In this document: positions 1 to 9,475 of the stretch, piece after piece | How the letters are laid out: every line of letters starts with the position of its first letter | How positions within the stretch are numbered: position 1 is the first letter of the stretch | DNA from: Schaalia odontolytica | Lineage (GTDB): Bacteria; Actinomycetota; Actinomycetes; Actinomycetales; Actinomycetaceae | Assembly: GCF_005696695.1 (NCBI RefSeq) | Contig: NZ_CP040006.1 | Coordinates: 1,260,001 to 1,292,000 of the forward strand | Length of the DNA: 32,000 nt | Direction of reading: 5' to 3' | Notes under the pieces: generated by a model | What the model was told of the DNA's origin: nothing | The model's input: the letters and a program-made list of their open reading frames with translations, nothing else | Databases searched by the model: none | Made by a program: the position numbers and the translations under genes

Positions 1-45
1 GCGCGCCTCATCCGCGAGTGGAACCCCGTCATCCGGGCGTTCTGA
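1..45 (+). CDS. 3' end of an unidentified + strand gene (partial, ...ARLIREWNPVIRAF*)
   Basis: Frame 1 is open from the window edge to TGA at 43-45. All 14 codons end in G or C, which matches the GC3 bias of real genes here. A strong hairpin follows 16 nt downstream. It is too short to assign a product. Confidence 0.35.
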   Translation, partial: ARLIREWNPVIRAF

Positions 46-60
46 TTCACGTAAACGTTC

Positions 61-96
61 GAGGCCGGGGCCGGGTTCGCACCCGGCACCGGCCTC
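61..96. terminator. Long GC hairpin between convergent genes (candidate bidirectional terminator)
   Basis: GAGGCCGG-G-GCCGGGT / TCGC loop / ACCCGGC-A-CCGGCCTC gives 15 bp with one 1x1 mismatch. It sits between the + strand stop (45) and the ATPase stop (115). There is no clean U-tract on either side. Confidence 0.5.
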
Positions 97-114
97 AACT
101 CGTATCGAGCGCTC

Positions 115-2505
115 TCAGCCTTCGAGTGAGCGGGCGAACTGGCGCGCGTAGAAGATGCGCTGAGCAACCTCGACGAGGAGGGCCGCGCAGGCACCGACGC
201 ACGCGATGACGAGCCACTCGTATCCGCTCGGCGCGACCATCGAGAAGAAGTGGCGCACGGGCGGAATGAGCACGCCGCCCACGGTCGCGGAGATGACGCT
301 GACCAGGAGCACCCACTTCCAGGTCGAGAGCGGGCGCGACGTGATGACGAGAAGCCAGATGGCGCCCAGCATGAGGGAGAGGATCGCGGCCGTGGACTCG
401 CGCGCCTGCGGGGGTCCGTCGACGATGCCGAAGGCGGTGAGGGCGGCCGACGCGAGGATGATGCCCGTGGGCATCGCGAGCGACAGCGTGCGCTTCAGGA
501 ATCCGGGCACGTAGCGGCGCGGGTTCGGCCACAGGGCCAGGAAGAACGCGGGAATGCCGATGGTCAGCGAGTCGATGTAGCTGAACTGGCGGGGCAGGAA
601 CGGGTAACGCCAGCCGACCAGGGCCGTCACGATGACGAGCACGGCGGCATACGTGGTCTTGGCCAGGAACAGCGAGGACACGCGTTCCATGTTGGCGATG
701 ATGCGGCGCCCCTCCGAGAGAACACCCGGCAGCACCGAGAACTTCGAATCCACGAGGACAATCTGCGCGACCGCCTTCGTGGCCTGCGTACCGTTGCCCA
801 TCGCGATACCCAGGTCGGCGTCCTTGAGCGCGAGGGCGTCGTTCACACCGTCGCCCGTCATGGCCACACAGTGATCGCGTGCCTGGAGCGCGCCGACCAT
901 CGCGCGCTTCTGCTCGGGAGTCACGCGACCGAACACGTCGTGGTTCTCGATCGCGTCAATGAATGCCTCAGAGGTCAGGTCTTCGGGCAGGTCACGCGCG
1001 TCCATGAGGCGCGCGGGCGTGCCGTCGGGCGCGGTCAGGCCTGCCTGCGCGGCCAGCGCGCCGACCGTCGTCGGGTTGTCACCCGAAATAACGCGGACGT
1101 GCACGTCCTGCGAGCGGAAGTAGTCGAGCGTCTCTGCAGCGTCGGGGCGCAGGTCCTCCTCGAGGACCACGAGGGCGGCAACCGAACGGCGTGCAGGAAG
1201 CTCGTCATCGACCACAGCCTCGTCGGCGTGGACAAGGGCGACCACGCGGGAGCCCTCCTGGGCGATGCCGCGCACCTTCGCGAGGAGCTTGGCGTTGGCG
1301 GCCGAGGCCTCGTCGATGACGAACTCAGGGGCGCCGAGGATCCAGGATTCGCTCCCGCTCCCCCACGCGCTCCACTTGCGGGCCGAGGAGAAGGGGACGG
1401 ACCACTCGATCCGCTCGGACGCGCCGGAACACTCAGATTCGCCCAGGTGCTCCCAGATGGCCTCCGCCGTCGCGTTGGTGCGGTCGCTCGCTGCGCTTGC
1501 CAGCGCCCGGAGGACCACGGCCTCGTCACCGGAAACGACCTCAACGCCACGCACTCGAATACCGCCGGTCGTCAGCGTGCCCGTCTTGTCGAGGCACAGG
1601 CAGTCCACGCGCGCAAGGACCTCCACGGCAGGAAGTTCCTGGACGAGCACGCCCCGGCGTGCCAGCGTCGCCGAGCCGATCGCGAAGTTCATGGACGTCA
1701 GGAGCACCAGGCCCTGCGGGATCATGCCGATCACCGAGGCGACCGAGAGCACGAGGGCCTCGCGCCAGTCTCCCCCGTGTCCGCCGGCGATGCGATTTTG
1801 CGAGTAGAAGGTCAGGACGACGATCGGAAGCAGCATGACGGAGACAACCTGCAGCACCCGGTTAATCGACGTCTGGATCTCCGAGACCGTACGCGTGAAG
1901 GCGCGCGCCTGTTCGGACAGGCCCTGCGCGTAAACGCGCTCACCCACAGCCGTGGCCACCATGCGGCCAGCACCCGCGACGACGCTCGTGCCGGCCAACA
2001 GCTGGTCGCCCTGCTTCTTCTTCACGGGGCGCGACTCGCCGGTCAGCAGCGACTCGTCGATTTCGAGGCCCGCCGAGGACAGGACCGTACCGTCCACGCT
2101 CACCTGATCGCCAAGCGTCAGATCGATGACGTCGTCGAGCACGACGTCACGTGCTGGGACGACCGACAGCGTGCCGTCACGCAGGACGGTCGCCTGCGGA
2201 GCATCGACGATAGCGAGCGAGTCGAGGGTTCGCTTGGCACGCAGCTCAGACACGATGCCGATCACCGCGTTGATGATCATCACGCCGCCGAAAATACCAT
2301 CACGCAGGTCGCCGAACAGCAGCACGATGACCGACGCCGCGACGATGATCGCGTTAAACAGCGTCAGCACGTTCTCTCGAATAATCGACGTCACCGAGCG
2401 GGACGTACGGTCCTTCACCCGGTTGACCGCTCCGCGCGCGACGCGCTCAGCGACCTCGGCGGCGCTCAGGCCATGTTCATCGATCGTCAGGCTGTCAGCG
2501 CTCAT
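115..2505 (-). CDS. Cation-translocating P-type ATPase (HAD-IC superfamily, P2-like, about 796 aa)
   Basis: Motifs present are TGES (LLTGESRPV), DKTGTLT (phosphorylation site) and MTGDGVNDALALKDADLGIAMG (hinge). TM4 carries IPQGL 43 residues upstream of the DKTGT Asp. I place the start at ATG 2505 (MSADSLTIDE...) rather than the ORF-track start at 2547. That ATG overlaps the upstream TerC stop by 11 nt (ATGAGCGCTGA). Confidence 0.9.
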   Translation of the reverse strand: MSADSLTIDEHGLSAAEVAERVARGAVNRVKDRTSRSVTSIIRENVLTLFNAIIVAASVIVLLFGDLRDGIFGGVMIINAVIGIVSELRAKRTLDSLAIVDAPQATVLRDGTLSVVPARDVVLDDVIDLTLGDQVSVDGTVLSSAGLEIDESLLTGESRPVKKKQGDQLLAGTSVVAGAGRMVATAVGERVYAQGLSEQARAFTRTVSEIQTSINRVLQVVSVMLLPIVVLTFYSQNRIAGGHGGDWREALVLSVASVIGMIPQGLVLLTSMNFAIGSATLARRGVLVQELPAVEVLARVDCLCLDKTGTLTTGGIRVRGVEVVSGDEAVVLRALASAASDRTNATAEAIWEHLGESECSGASERIEWSVPFSSARKWSAWGSGSESWILGAPEFVIDEASAANAKLLAKVRGIAQEGSRVVALVHADEAVVDDELPARRSVAALVVLEEDLRPDAAETLDYFRSQDVHVRVISGDNPTTVGALAAQAGLTAPDGTPARLMDARDLPEDLTSEAFIDAIENHDVFGRVTPEQKRAMVGALQARDHCVAMTGDGVNDALALKDADLGIAMGNGTQATKAVAQIVLVDSKFSVLPGVLSEGRRIIANMERVSSLFLAKTTYAAVLVIVTALVGWRYPFLPRQFSYIDSLTIGIPAFFLALWPNPRRYVPGFLKRTLSLAMPTGIILASAALTAFGIVDGPPQARESTAAILSLMLGAIWLLVITSRPLSTWKWVLLVSVISATVGGVLIPPVRHFFSMVAPSGYEWLVIACVGACAALLVEVAQRIFYARQFARSLEG

Positions 2506-3493
2506 CGGCACCCTCCTCGTCCATCGCGCTGCGCACCAGCGACGCAATCACGGTGACCACGAGAGTCACGACGATGACTCCCAGCGACACTGACACCGAA
2601 ATCTCCGGCGCCCACTCGAGCCCGCGGCCGCCGTTGATAAACGGCAGCGTGTTGGCATGCAGGGCCTCAAGAATCAGCTTGATACCGATAAAGCTCAAAA
2701 TGACGCCGAGGCCGTAACCCAGGTACACGAGCTTTCCGAGGAGCGCGTCCACCAGGAAGAACAGCTGTCGCAGCCCCATGAGTGCAAACACATTGCACGC
2801 AAACACCAGGAACGCCTGCGAGGTGATACCAAAGATCGCGGGAATCGAGTCGAAGGCAAACATGAGGTCGGCGGATCCCAAGGCCAGCACGACGACGAAC
2901 AGCGGGGTGAGGTACGTGCGACCACCGTGACGGTACAGCATGCGGTCGCCGATAAAGCCGTCCGTGATGGGCAGGACTCGGCGTACGACGCGGATGAAAG
3001 CGTTCTCCTCGTATTCTTCGTCGTCGCCGCCACCTGTCACGGTCTCCTTGATCTGCGAGAAAGCAGTCCACAGCAGCCACACGCCGAAAATGAAGAACAC
3101 CCAGGAGAAGCGCGCCACCAGCGCAGCACCCAGCAGAATGAACACAAGGCGCAGCAGCAGTGCGATAACGATGCCGAAAAGCAACGCCTTCTGCTGGTTC
3201 TCTCGCGGCACCCGGAACGCTTTCAGGATCAGGATGAACACGAAAAGGTTGTCCACGGACAGCGACCATTCCATCGCCCATCCCGCGTAGAACTCCTGGG
3301 CGTACAGCCACCCGTTCGTCAGCCAGATTCCGACGCCGAAGACGGCTGCCAATCCCACGTAGAACAGCGTCCAGCGAGCCGCCTCGGCAGCCGTCGGCGG
3401 ATGGGGATTACGGGCATGCCCGAGGAAATCGAGCGCGACCAGACCGATGGCAACGAGGGCCAGAATGCCCCACGCCCACGGGTGAACAACCAT
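2495..3493 (-). CDS. TerC family integral membrane protein (paralog 1, 332 aa)
   Basis: It is a multi-TM protein with typical TerC blocks (SVDNLFVF, FDSIPAIFGIT, GLRQLFFLVD). AAGAGG lies 7 nt upstream of the ATG at 3493. It is roughly two-thirds identical by eye to the upstream paralog. Confidence 0.9.
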   Translation of the reverse strand: MVVHPWAWGILALVAIGLVALDFLGHARNPHPPTAAEAARWTLFYVGLAAVFGVGIWLTNGWLYAQEFYAGWAMEWSLSVDNLFVFILILKAFRVPRENQQKALLFGIVIALLLRLVFILLGAALVARFSWVFFIFGVWLLWTAFSQIKETVTGGGDDEEYEENAFIRVVRRVLPITDGFIGDRMLYRHGGRTYLTPLFVVVLALGSADLMFAFDSIPAIFGITSQAFLVFACNVFALMGLRQLFFLVDALLGKLVYLGYGLGVILSFIGIKLILEALHANTLPFINGGRGLEWAPEISVSVSLGVIVVTLVVTVIASLVRSAMDEEGADER

Positions 3494-3551
3494 GAGTACC
3501 TCTTAACTATCCGTCCATGGAATTTTACCGCTGTCCCACGGTCCACTCACG

Positions 3552-4532
3552 TCACGCGCGCCGTTTGCTGGAAACCGCGAGGGAAGCCACGACCGTGACC
3601 AGGATCGTCACGACGATGAAGCCCAGGGAGAACGCGATGGACGGCTCGGGGATCGCGGATACCTCGTGGCCGCCATTGATGAACGGCAGTTCGTTGGTGT
3701 GCAGCGCATGGTTGATCAGCTTGAAGCCGATGAAGCCCAGAATCGCGGCAAGGCCGTAGTGGAGGAACACGATGCGGTCGAGCAGGCCATCGATGAGGAA
3801 GTAGAGCTGGCGCAGGCCGAGCAGTGAGAACGCGTTGGCAGCGAACACCAGGTACGCCTCGGAGGTCAGCGAGTAGATCGCGGGGATCGAGTCGACGGCG
3901 AACATGACGTCGGCGGTACCGATCGCGATGACGCACAGCAGCATCGGCGTGATGTAGGTGCGGCCGCCGTGGCGGTAGAGCATACGCGAGCCGATAAAGC
4001 CGTCGGTGACGGGCACGACCTTCGACACCCAGCGCACGATTGACGGCGGGCGGTACTCCTCGTCGTCGTCATCGCTGGAGCCTTCGCGGACCTGACTGAT
4101 CGCTGTCCACAGCAGCCACGCGCCGAACAGGTAGAAGACCCACGAGAAGTTTTCGATGAGCGCGGCGCCCGCCAGAATGAAGATGAGGCGCAGAACCAGG
4201 GCGATGATGATGCCGGCGAGCAGCACCTCCTGCTGGTTTTTCCTGGGTACGCGGAAGGTGGACAGGATGATGACGAACACGAAAAGGTTGTCGATACTCA
4301 GCGCTTTTTCAGTGATGTAACCGCCGAGGTATTCCTGGCCGTATTGGGGTCCCCAGACCGCCCAGACGATGGCGCCGAAAATAAGGGCGATCGCGATGTA
4401 GGCGACGGACCACCAGGTCGCTTCCTTAAGCGTGGGTTCGTGGGGTGTGCGGACATGGCCGACGGTGTCGACAACGATCATGGTCAGGATGATGCCAGCC
4501 AGGACGATCCAGGCAAGGGCGTGCACGTGCAT
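3552..4532 (-). CDS. TerC family integral membrane protein (paralog 2, 326 aa)
   Basis: It has the same TerC blocks (SIDNLFVF, VDSIPAIYSLT, GLRQLYFLID). The start is set at ATG 4532 (MHVHALAWIV...), which aligns with the N-terminus of paralog 1 (MVVHPWAWGI...) and has GGAGG 8 nt upstream. The 38-codon extension in the ORF track would run through the riboswitch. Confidence 0.85.
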   Translation of the reverse strand: MHVHALAWIVLAGIILTMIVVDTVGHVRTPHEPTLKEATWWSVAYIAIALIFGAIVWAVWGPQYGQEYLGGYITEKALSIDNLFVFVIILSTFRVPRKNQQEVLLAGIIIALVLRLIFILAGAALIENFSWVFYLFGAWLLWTAISQVREGSSDDDDEEYRPPSIVRWVSKVVPVTDGFIGSRMLYRHGGRTYITPMLLCVIAIGTADVMFAVDSIPAIYSLTSEAYLVFAANAFSLLGLRQLYFLIDGLLDRIVFLHYGLAAILGFIGFKLINHALHTNELPFINGGHEVSAIPEPSIAFSLGFIVVTILVTVVASLAVSSKRRA

Positions 4533-4540
4533 ACGTGGGG

Positions 4541-4670
4541 CCTCCGGTACGAGTCGGGTACCGGAGGTCTCCTCCCGCCAGGAAATCCTGGCCGGTGACG
4601 CCGGAGGCCGCGCCGCGTGGGCGGGCCGTCGTGATGACGACGCCACTGTTGGTGGGAGTACTCCCCTCCG
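4541..4670 (-). promoter_or_regulatory. yybP-ykoY (Mn2+) riboswitch candidate with SD-sequestering expression platform
   Basis: The minus strand reads CGGAGG-GGAGUA-CUCCC...GUCGUCAUCAC...GGGAGG-AGA-CCUCCG. This gives P1 as CGGAGG (4670-4665) paired with CCUCCG (4567-4562). It also carries the hallmark GGGGAGUA 5' element and the AGACC 3' element. Immediately 3' lies the hairpin CCUCCGGUAC / CCGACUC / GUACCGGAGG (4567-4541). That hairpin shares the P1 3' strand and buries the SD GGAGG (4545-4541). TerC is the classic downstream gene for this riboswitch class. Confidence 0.75.
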
Positions 4671-4807
4671 CTAACGCTTCCATCCTAGTCGGTGCACCTC
4701 GTGTCACGTCCCCACGTGCGACGTGGCGTCGGTCGCGATTCCCACCGGGCGCTTATGACGAGGCCGTGGTTGCCCCGCGCCGACAGGCAACCGGGGCGGG
4801 TTCGGCG

Positions 4808-6892
<2,085 letters not shown>

Positions 6893-6974
6893 GCTCCTAC
6901 GCTACCGCCCAGGCACTGGAGCTGCGCGCACAAAGCGCACGGGTTCGCGACGAGCGTGGAGTGCCCCGGCCTCG

Positions 6975-7715
6975 TCAATCAGTGACGGGAGCGTCCGGGG
7001 TCAGCCAACGCTCATAAACGAGGCGCGCGACTGCCTCGAGGTCGTCGGAGCTACCCTCATTGTCGATCCAGATCGTGGCGATGGCCCGACGCTCCTCCGA
7101 CGAGGCCTGGGCGCGGATACGTGCACGCGCGTCCTCGGGCGCAACTCCCCTGCCCGCCAGACGCTTAACACGTTCCTCGATGGGTGCGTCCACGATGACG
7201 ACCGCGTCGAAGCGATCCGCGTGGTCCCCTTCGATAAGAAGCGGAATGTCGTAGACCGCGAGGCTTCCTTCCGGGGCTCCACGCAGGATCGACCACGCGC
7301 GCGCCTCAATGAGGGGGTGGGTGATGGCATTGAGCCGAGCGACGCGCTCAGAGGCTCCTTCGCCTCCGAAGACCCGGGAGGCCAGGAGCGCCCGGTCCAG
7401 ACTCCCGTCTTCCTTCAACAGGTCGCCTCCGAAGGCGCGCGCGACCTCGCTCAGCGCTGGCTCGCCCGGTTCGAGGATTTGCCGTGCGATAGCATCGGCG
7501 TCCGCAGTCACCGCACCCCGAGATGCGAAGACACGCGTCACGGCGGTCTTACCTGAACCGATGCCTCCGCTGACCGCAATAATTCGGCGCGGTCCCTGCG
7601 TGTGAGGCGCACCGATCGGACGAATGAGGGTCGCCGTGCAAGCCCCACAACTCAGAGTCGTATTCACACCCACAGGGTAGCTCGCCAATTGTTGCTTTTT
7701 GTGGTCGTCATGCAA
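6975..7715 (-). CDS. coaE: Dephospho-CoA kinase
   Basis: It has the P-loop IAVSGGIGSGKT and the rest looks CoaE-like. The start is uncertain. The ORF-track start is TTG 7715, which gives an atypical 45-residue N-terminal extension. In-frame GTGs at 7673 and 7667 are alternatives, and none of the three has a clear SD. Confidence 0.85.
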   Translation of the reverse strand: MHDDHKKQQLASYPVGVNTTLSCGACTATLIRPIGAPHTQGPRRIIAVSGGIGSGKTAVTRVFASRGAVTADADAIARQILEPGEPALSEVARAFGGDLLKEDGSLDRALLASRVFGGEGASERVARLNAITHPLIEARAWSILRGAPEGSLAVYDIPLLIEGDHADRFDAVVIVDAPIEERVKRLAGRGVAPEDARARIRAQASSEERRAIATIWIDNEGSSDDLEAVARLVYERWLTPDAPVTD

Positions 7716-7758
7716 GAATTGGGGCTGTTATAGAACCCACACCATCAAGTGAGTAGCA

Positions 7759-9111
7759 GTGACGCAGACAGTCAATGACGATTCCGCGGGACGCTCAAGC
7801 AGCACCGCCGTCCTCATCGCGACCTCTCTGACGCTTTTCTCAATGTTTTTCGGCGCAGGTAACCTCATTTTCCCGCCGATCATGGGCGCGTCCGCAGGAA
7901 CAAACTTAGCTCCCGCGATGATCGGCTTCCTGATCGGCGGCGTCGCGCTGCCGGTCATCTCCATCATCACGATCGCACTGTCGGGCACCGACATGCGCGA
8001 CCTCGTGAGCCGCGCCGGCACATCTTTCGGGATCGTCTTTTCCGTCATGGTGTACCTGTCGATCGGTGCCTTCTACGCGCTCCCGCGTACGGGTGCGGTA
8101 TCGTTCTCGACCGCCGTCGCACCTCTCATCGGCACGAAGTCACTGACCGCGTCGATCATCTTCAGCTTCATTTTCTTCGGCATCGCGTTCTATCTGTGCT
8201 GGAATCCCGGCACAATCATCGACAACCTCGGCAAGATCCTCACCCCAATCCTGCTCGGGCTTCTCGTCCTCCTCGTCTTCCTGTGCCTGGCGTCGCTGCC
8301 TGCTTCGCATGACGCTCCGACCGGAGAGTACGCTGCCAATCCCCTGGCGGCGGGCCTACTCGAGGGCTACATGACGATGGACTCGATCGCCGCTCTGGCT
8401 TTCGGCATCATCGTCGTCACATCGCTCGGACACACCGGGGGCGGTATCGGGGCAAAGGTCGTGCGCCGGACCTCGACGGCGGCCATTATCGCGGGTTCGC
8501 TGCTCGCCGTCGTCTACGTGGGCCTGGGACTCATCGGTCACGTGATCCCGAATGCTCAGAGCTACAGTGACGGCGCGACGCTTCTCGCGGATGCCGCCCA
8601 GATGACGATGGGATGGCCCGGGCAGATCGTCTTTGGCCTCATCGTGCTGACGGCCTGCATGACGACGGCGGTCGGCCTGATCGCAGCGACCTCCGAATTT
8701 TTCCACCGCCTGCTCCCGGCCATCTCCTACCGCGCGTGGATGATTGTCTTCACGATTATCTCGTTCGTGCTGGCTTCGGCGGGACTGAGCTCGGTGCTCG
8801 CCATCGCGGTACCGATCATCACGTTCCTCTACCCCATCGCGATCACCATCGTCTTCCTGACGATCGCAACCCACCCGCTGCGTCTGGCCACCCCGGCGCT
8901 GTGGACGTTCCGACTGGGCACCTGGATGGCGGCGGCGTGGTCGGCGGCGACGACGCTGGCTCATGTCAGCGTTTACCCCGAGCACATCAATGCGGTGCTC
9001 ATGTGGAGCCCGCTCCAGGCGAACCAGCTTGGCTGGATCCTCCCCACGGTCATCGCGGCGGCGATCGGCGCGTGCATCGATGTGGCAGTGATGAAGCGTT
9101 CGGCTACCTAA
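7759..9111 (+). CDS. brnQ: Branched-chain amino acid transport system II carrier (LIVCS family)
   Basis: The signature FSMFFGAGNLIFPPIMG is present, and the protein is about 12-TM and hydrophobic throughout. The start is GTG at 7759. Confidence 0.93.
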   Translation: MTQTVNDDSAGRSSSTAVLIATSLTLFSMFFGAGNLIFPPIMGASAGTNLAPAMIGFLIGGVALPVISIITIALSGTDMRDLVSRAGTSFGIVFSVMVYLSIGAFYALPRTGAVSFSTAVAPLIGTKSLTASIIFSFIFFGIAFYLCWNPGTIIDNLGKILTPILLGLLVLLVFLCLASLPASHDAPTGEYAANPLAAGLLEGYMTMDSIAALAFGIIVVTSLGHTGGGIGAKVVRRTSTAAIIAGSLLAVVYVGLGLIGHVIPNAQSYSDGATLLADAAQMTMGWPGQIVFGLIVLTACMTTAVGLIAATSEFFHRLLPAISYRAWMIVFTIISFVLASAGLSSVLAIAVPIITFLYPIAITIVFLTIATHPLRLATPALWTFRLGTWMAAAWSAATTLAHVSVYPEHINAVLMWSPLQANQLGWILPTVIAAAIGACIDVAVMKRSAT

Positions 9112-9382
9112 GCGCAACGAGTGTACGGCCCACGGGCCGCTAGAGCCTGGCTGAGGCGCACGTGGGCGGCGGCGGGGCCTGGCCCCACAGGTGTGGAGGG
9201 CGCCGGAGGGACCGGAGGGCACGGGCGGGCTTCGAGGCGCGGCTCCGAACGAAGTGAGGACGCCTAGCCTCGCGGGCGGCCGGGGCCTCCGGCGCCCGGA
9301 ACACCCGTGGGGCCACAAGCAGCCCCGCACCCAGCGGGAGAGCCTCGCGGCAGCCGGAGATCTGGCGGCGCAACAACCACAC

Positions 9383-9422
9383 AAAAAAGTGGTGGCCCCC
9401 AGGAAAACCTGGGGACCACCAC
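9383..9422 (-). terminator. Intrinsic terminator of rpsA
   Basis: The minus strand reads GTGGTGGTCCCCAGG-TTTT-CCTGGGGGCCACCAC (14 bp, one mismatch) followed by TTTTTTGTG. It lies 54 nt downstream of the rpsA stop. Confidence 0.8.
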
Positions 9423-9475
9423 TCATGCGTTCACTTGCGTGAACTGACGAGTCGAAGCTCAGTCGAAAGACTGGT

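Noticed and set aside
250-2556. Very long ORFs antisense to real genes. Examples are 250-2556 (768 aa), 26845-28728 (627 aa), 18763-20310 (515 aa), 21601-23085 (494 aa), 16089-17462 (457 aa), 9629-10942 (437 aa), 15668-16777, 20355-21395 and 24633-25550.
   Set aside because: These are typical shadow ORFs of a high-GC genome. Their translations are Arg/Gly/Asp/His/Ala-rich low-complexity strings with no recognisable motifs. The opposite strand encodes unmistakable conserved proteins with full motif sets (P-type ATPase, AlaRS, TrpB/TrpA, TrpE, Pyk, S1 and others).
4533-4646. N-terminal extensions offered by the ORF track. They affect TerC paralog 2 (to 4646), the ATPase (to 2547), rpsA (to 10984), pdtaR (to 15014), pyk (to 17128), trpA (to 19031), trpE (to 22905) and rarA (to 31325).
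   Set aside because: In each case an internal ATG or GTG with a properly spaced SD, or a start/stop overlap, coincides with the point where family conservation begins. The extensions are Arg/Pro-rich or overlap another feature, such as the riboswitch, the tRNA-like gene or an upstream CDS.
4673-4807. Hairpins and CACGT-rich palindromes between the uvrB stop and the riboswitch (GCCCCGG...CGCGGGGC; CCACGTCGCACGTGG).
   Set aside because: The stems are imperfect and have no U-tract, so I cannot support a terminator call. CACGTG-like palindromes are frequent in this sequence. They probably just mark the uvrB 3' end and the TerC promoter region.
6893-6974. SOS/LexA box or RecA-independent damage promoter upstream of uvrB.
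   Set aside because: I found no GAAC-N4-GTTC type palindrome. GGGTTCGCGACGAGC contains only half a site. I also saw no convincing TTGTCAGTG-N8-TANNNT motif. A TTGACG hexamer overlaps the coaE stop, but it has no matching -10.
9140-9442. ORFs of 80 aa (minus) and 83 aa (plus) in the brnQ-rpsA spacer.
   Set aside because: They are Arg/Pro/Gly/Ala-rich with no SD. The + ORF reads through the rpsA terminator hairpin. They are most likely artefacts of the GC-rich spacer.
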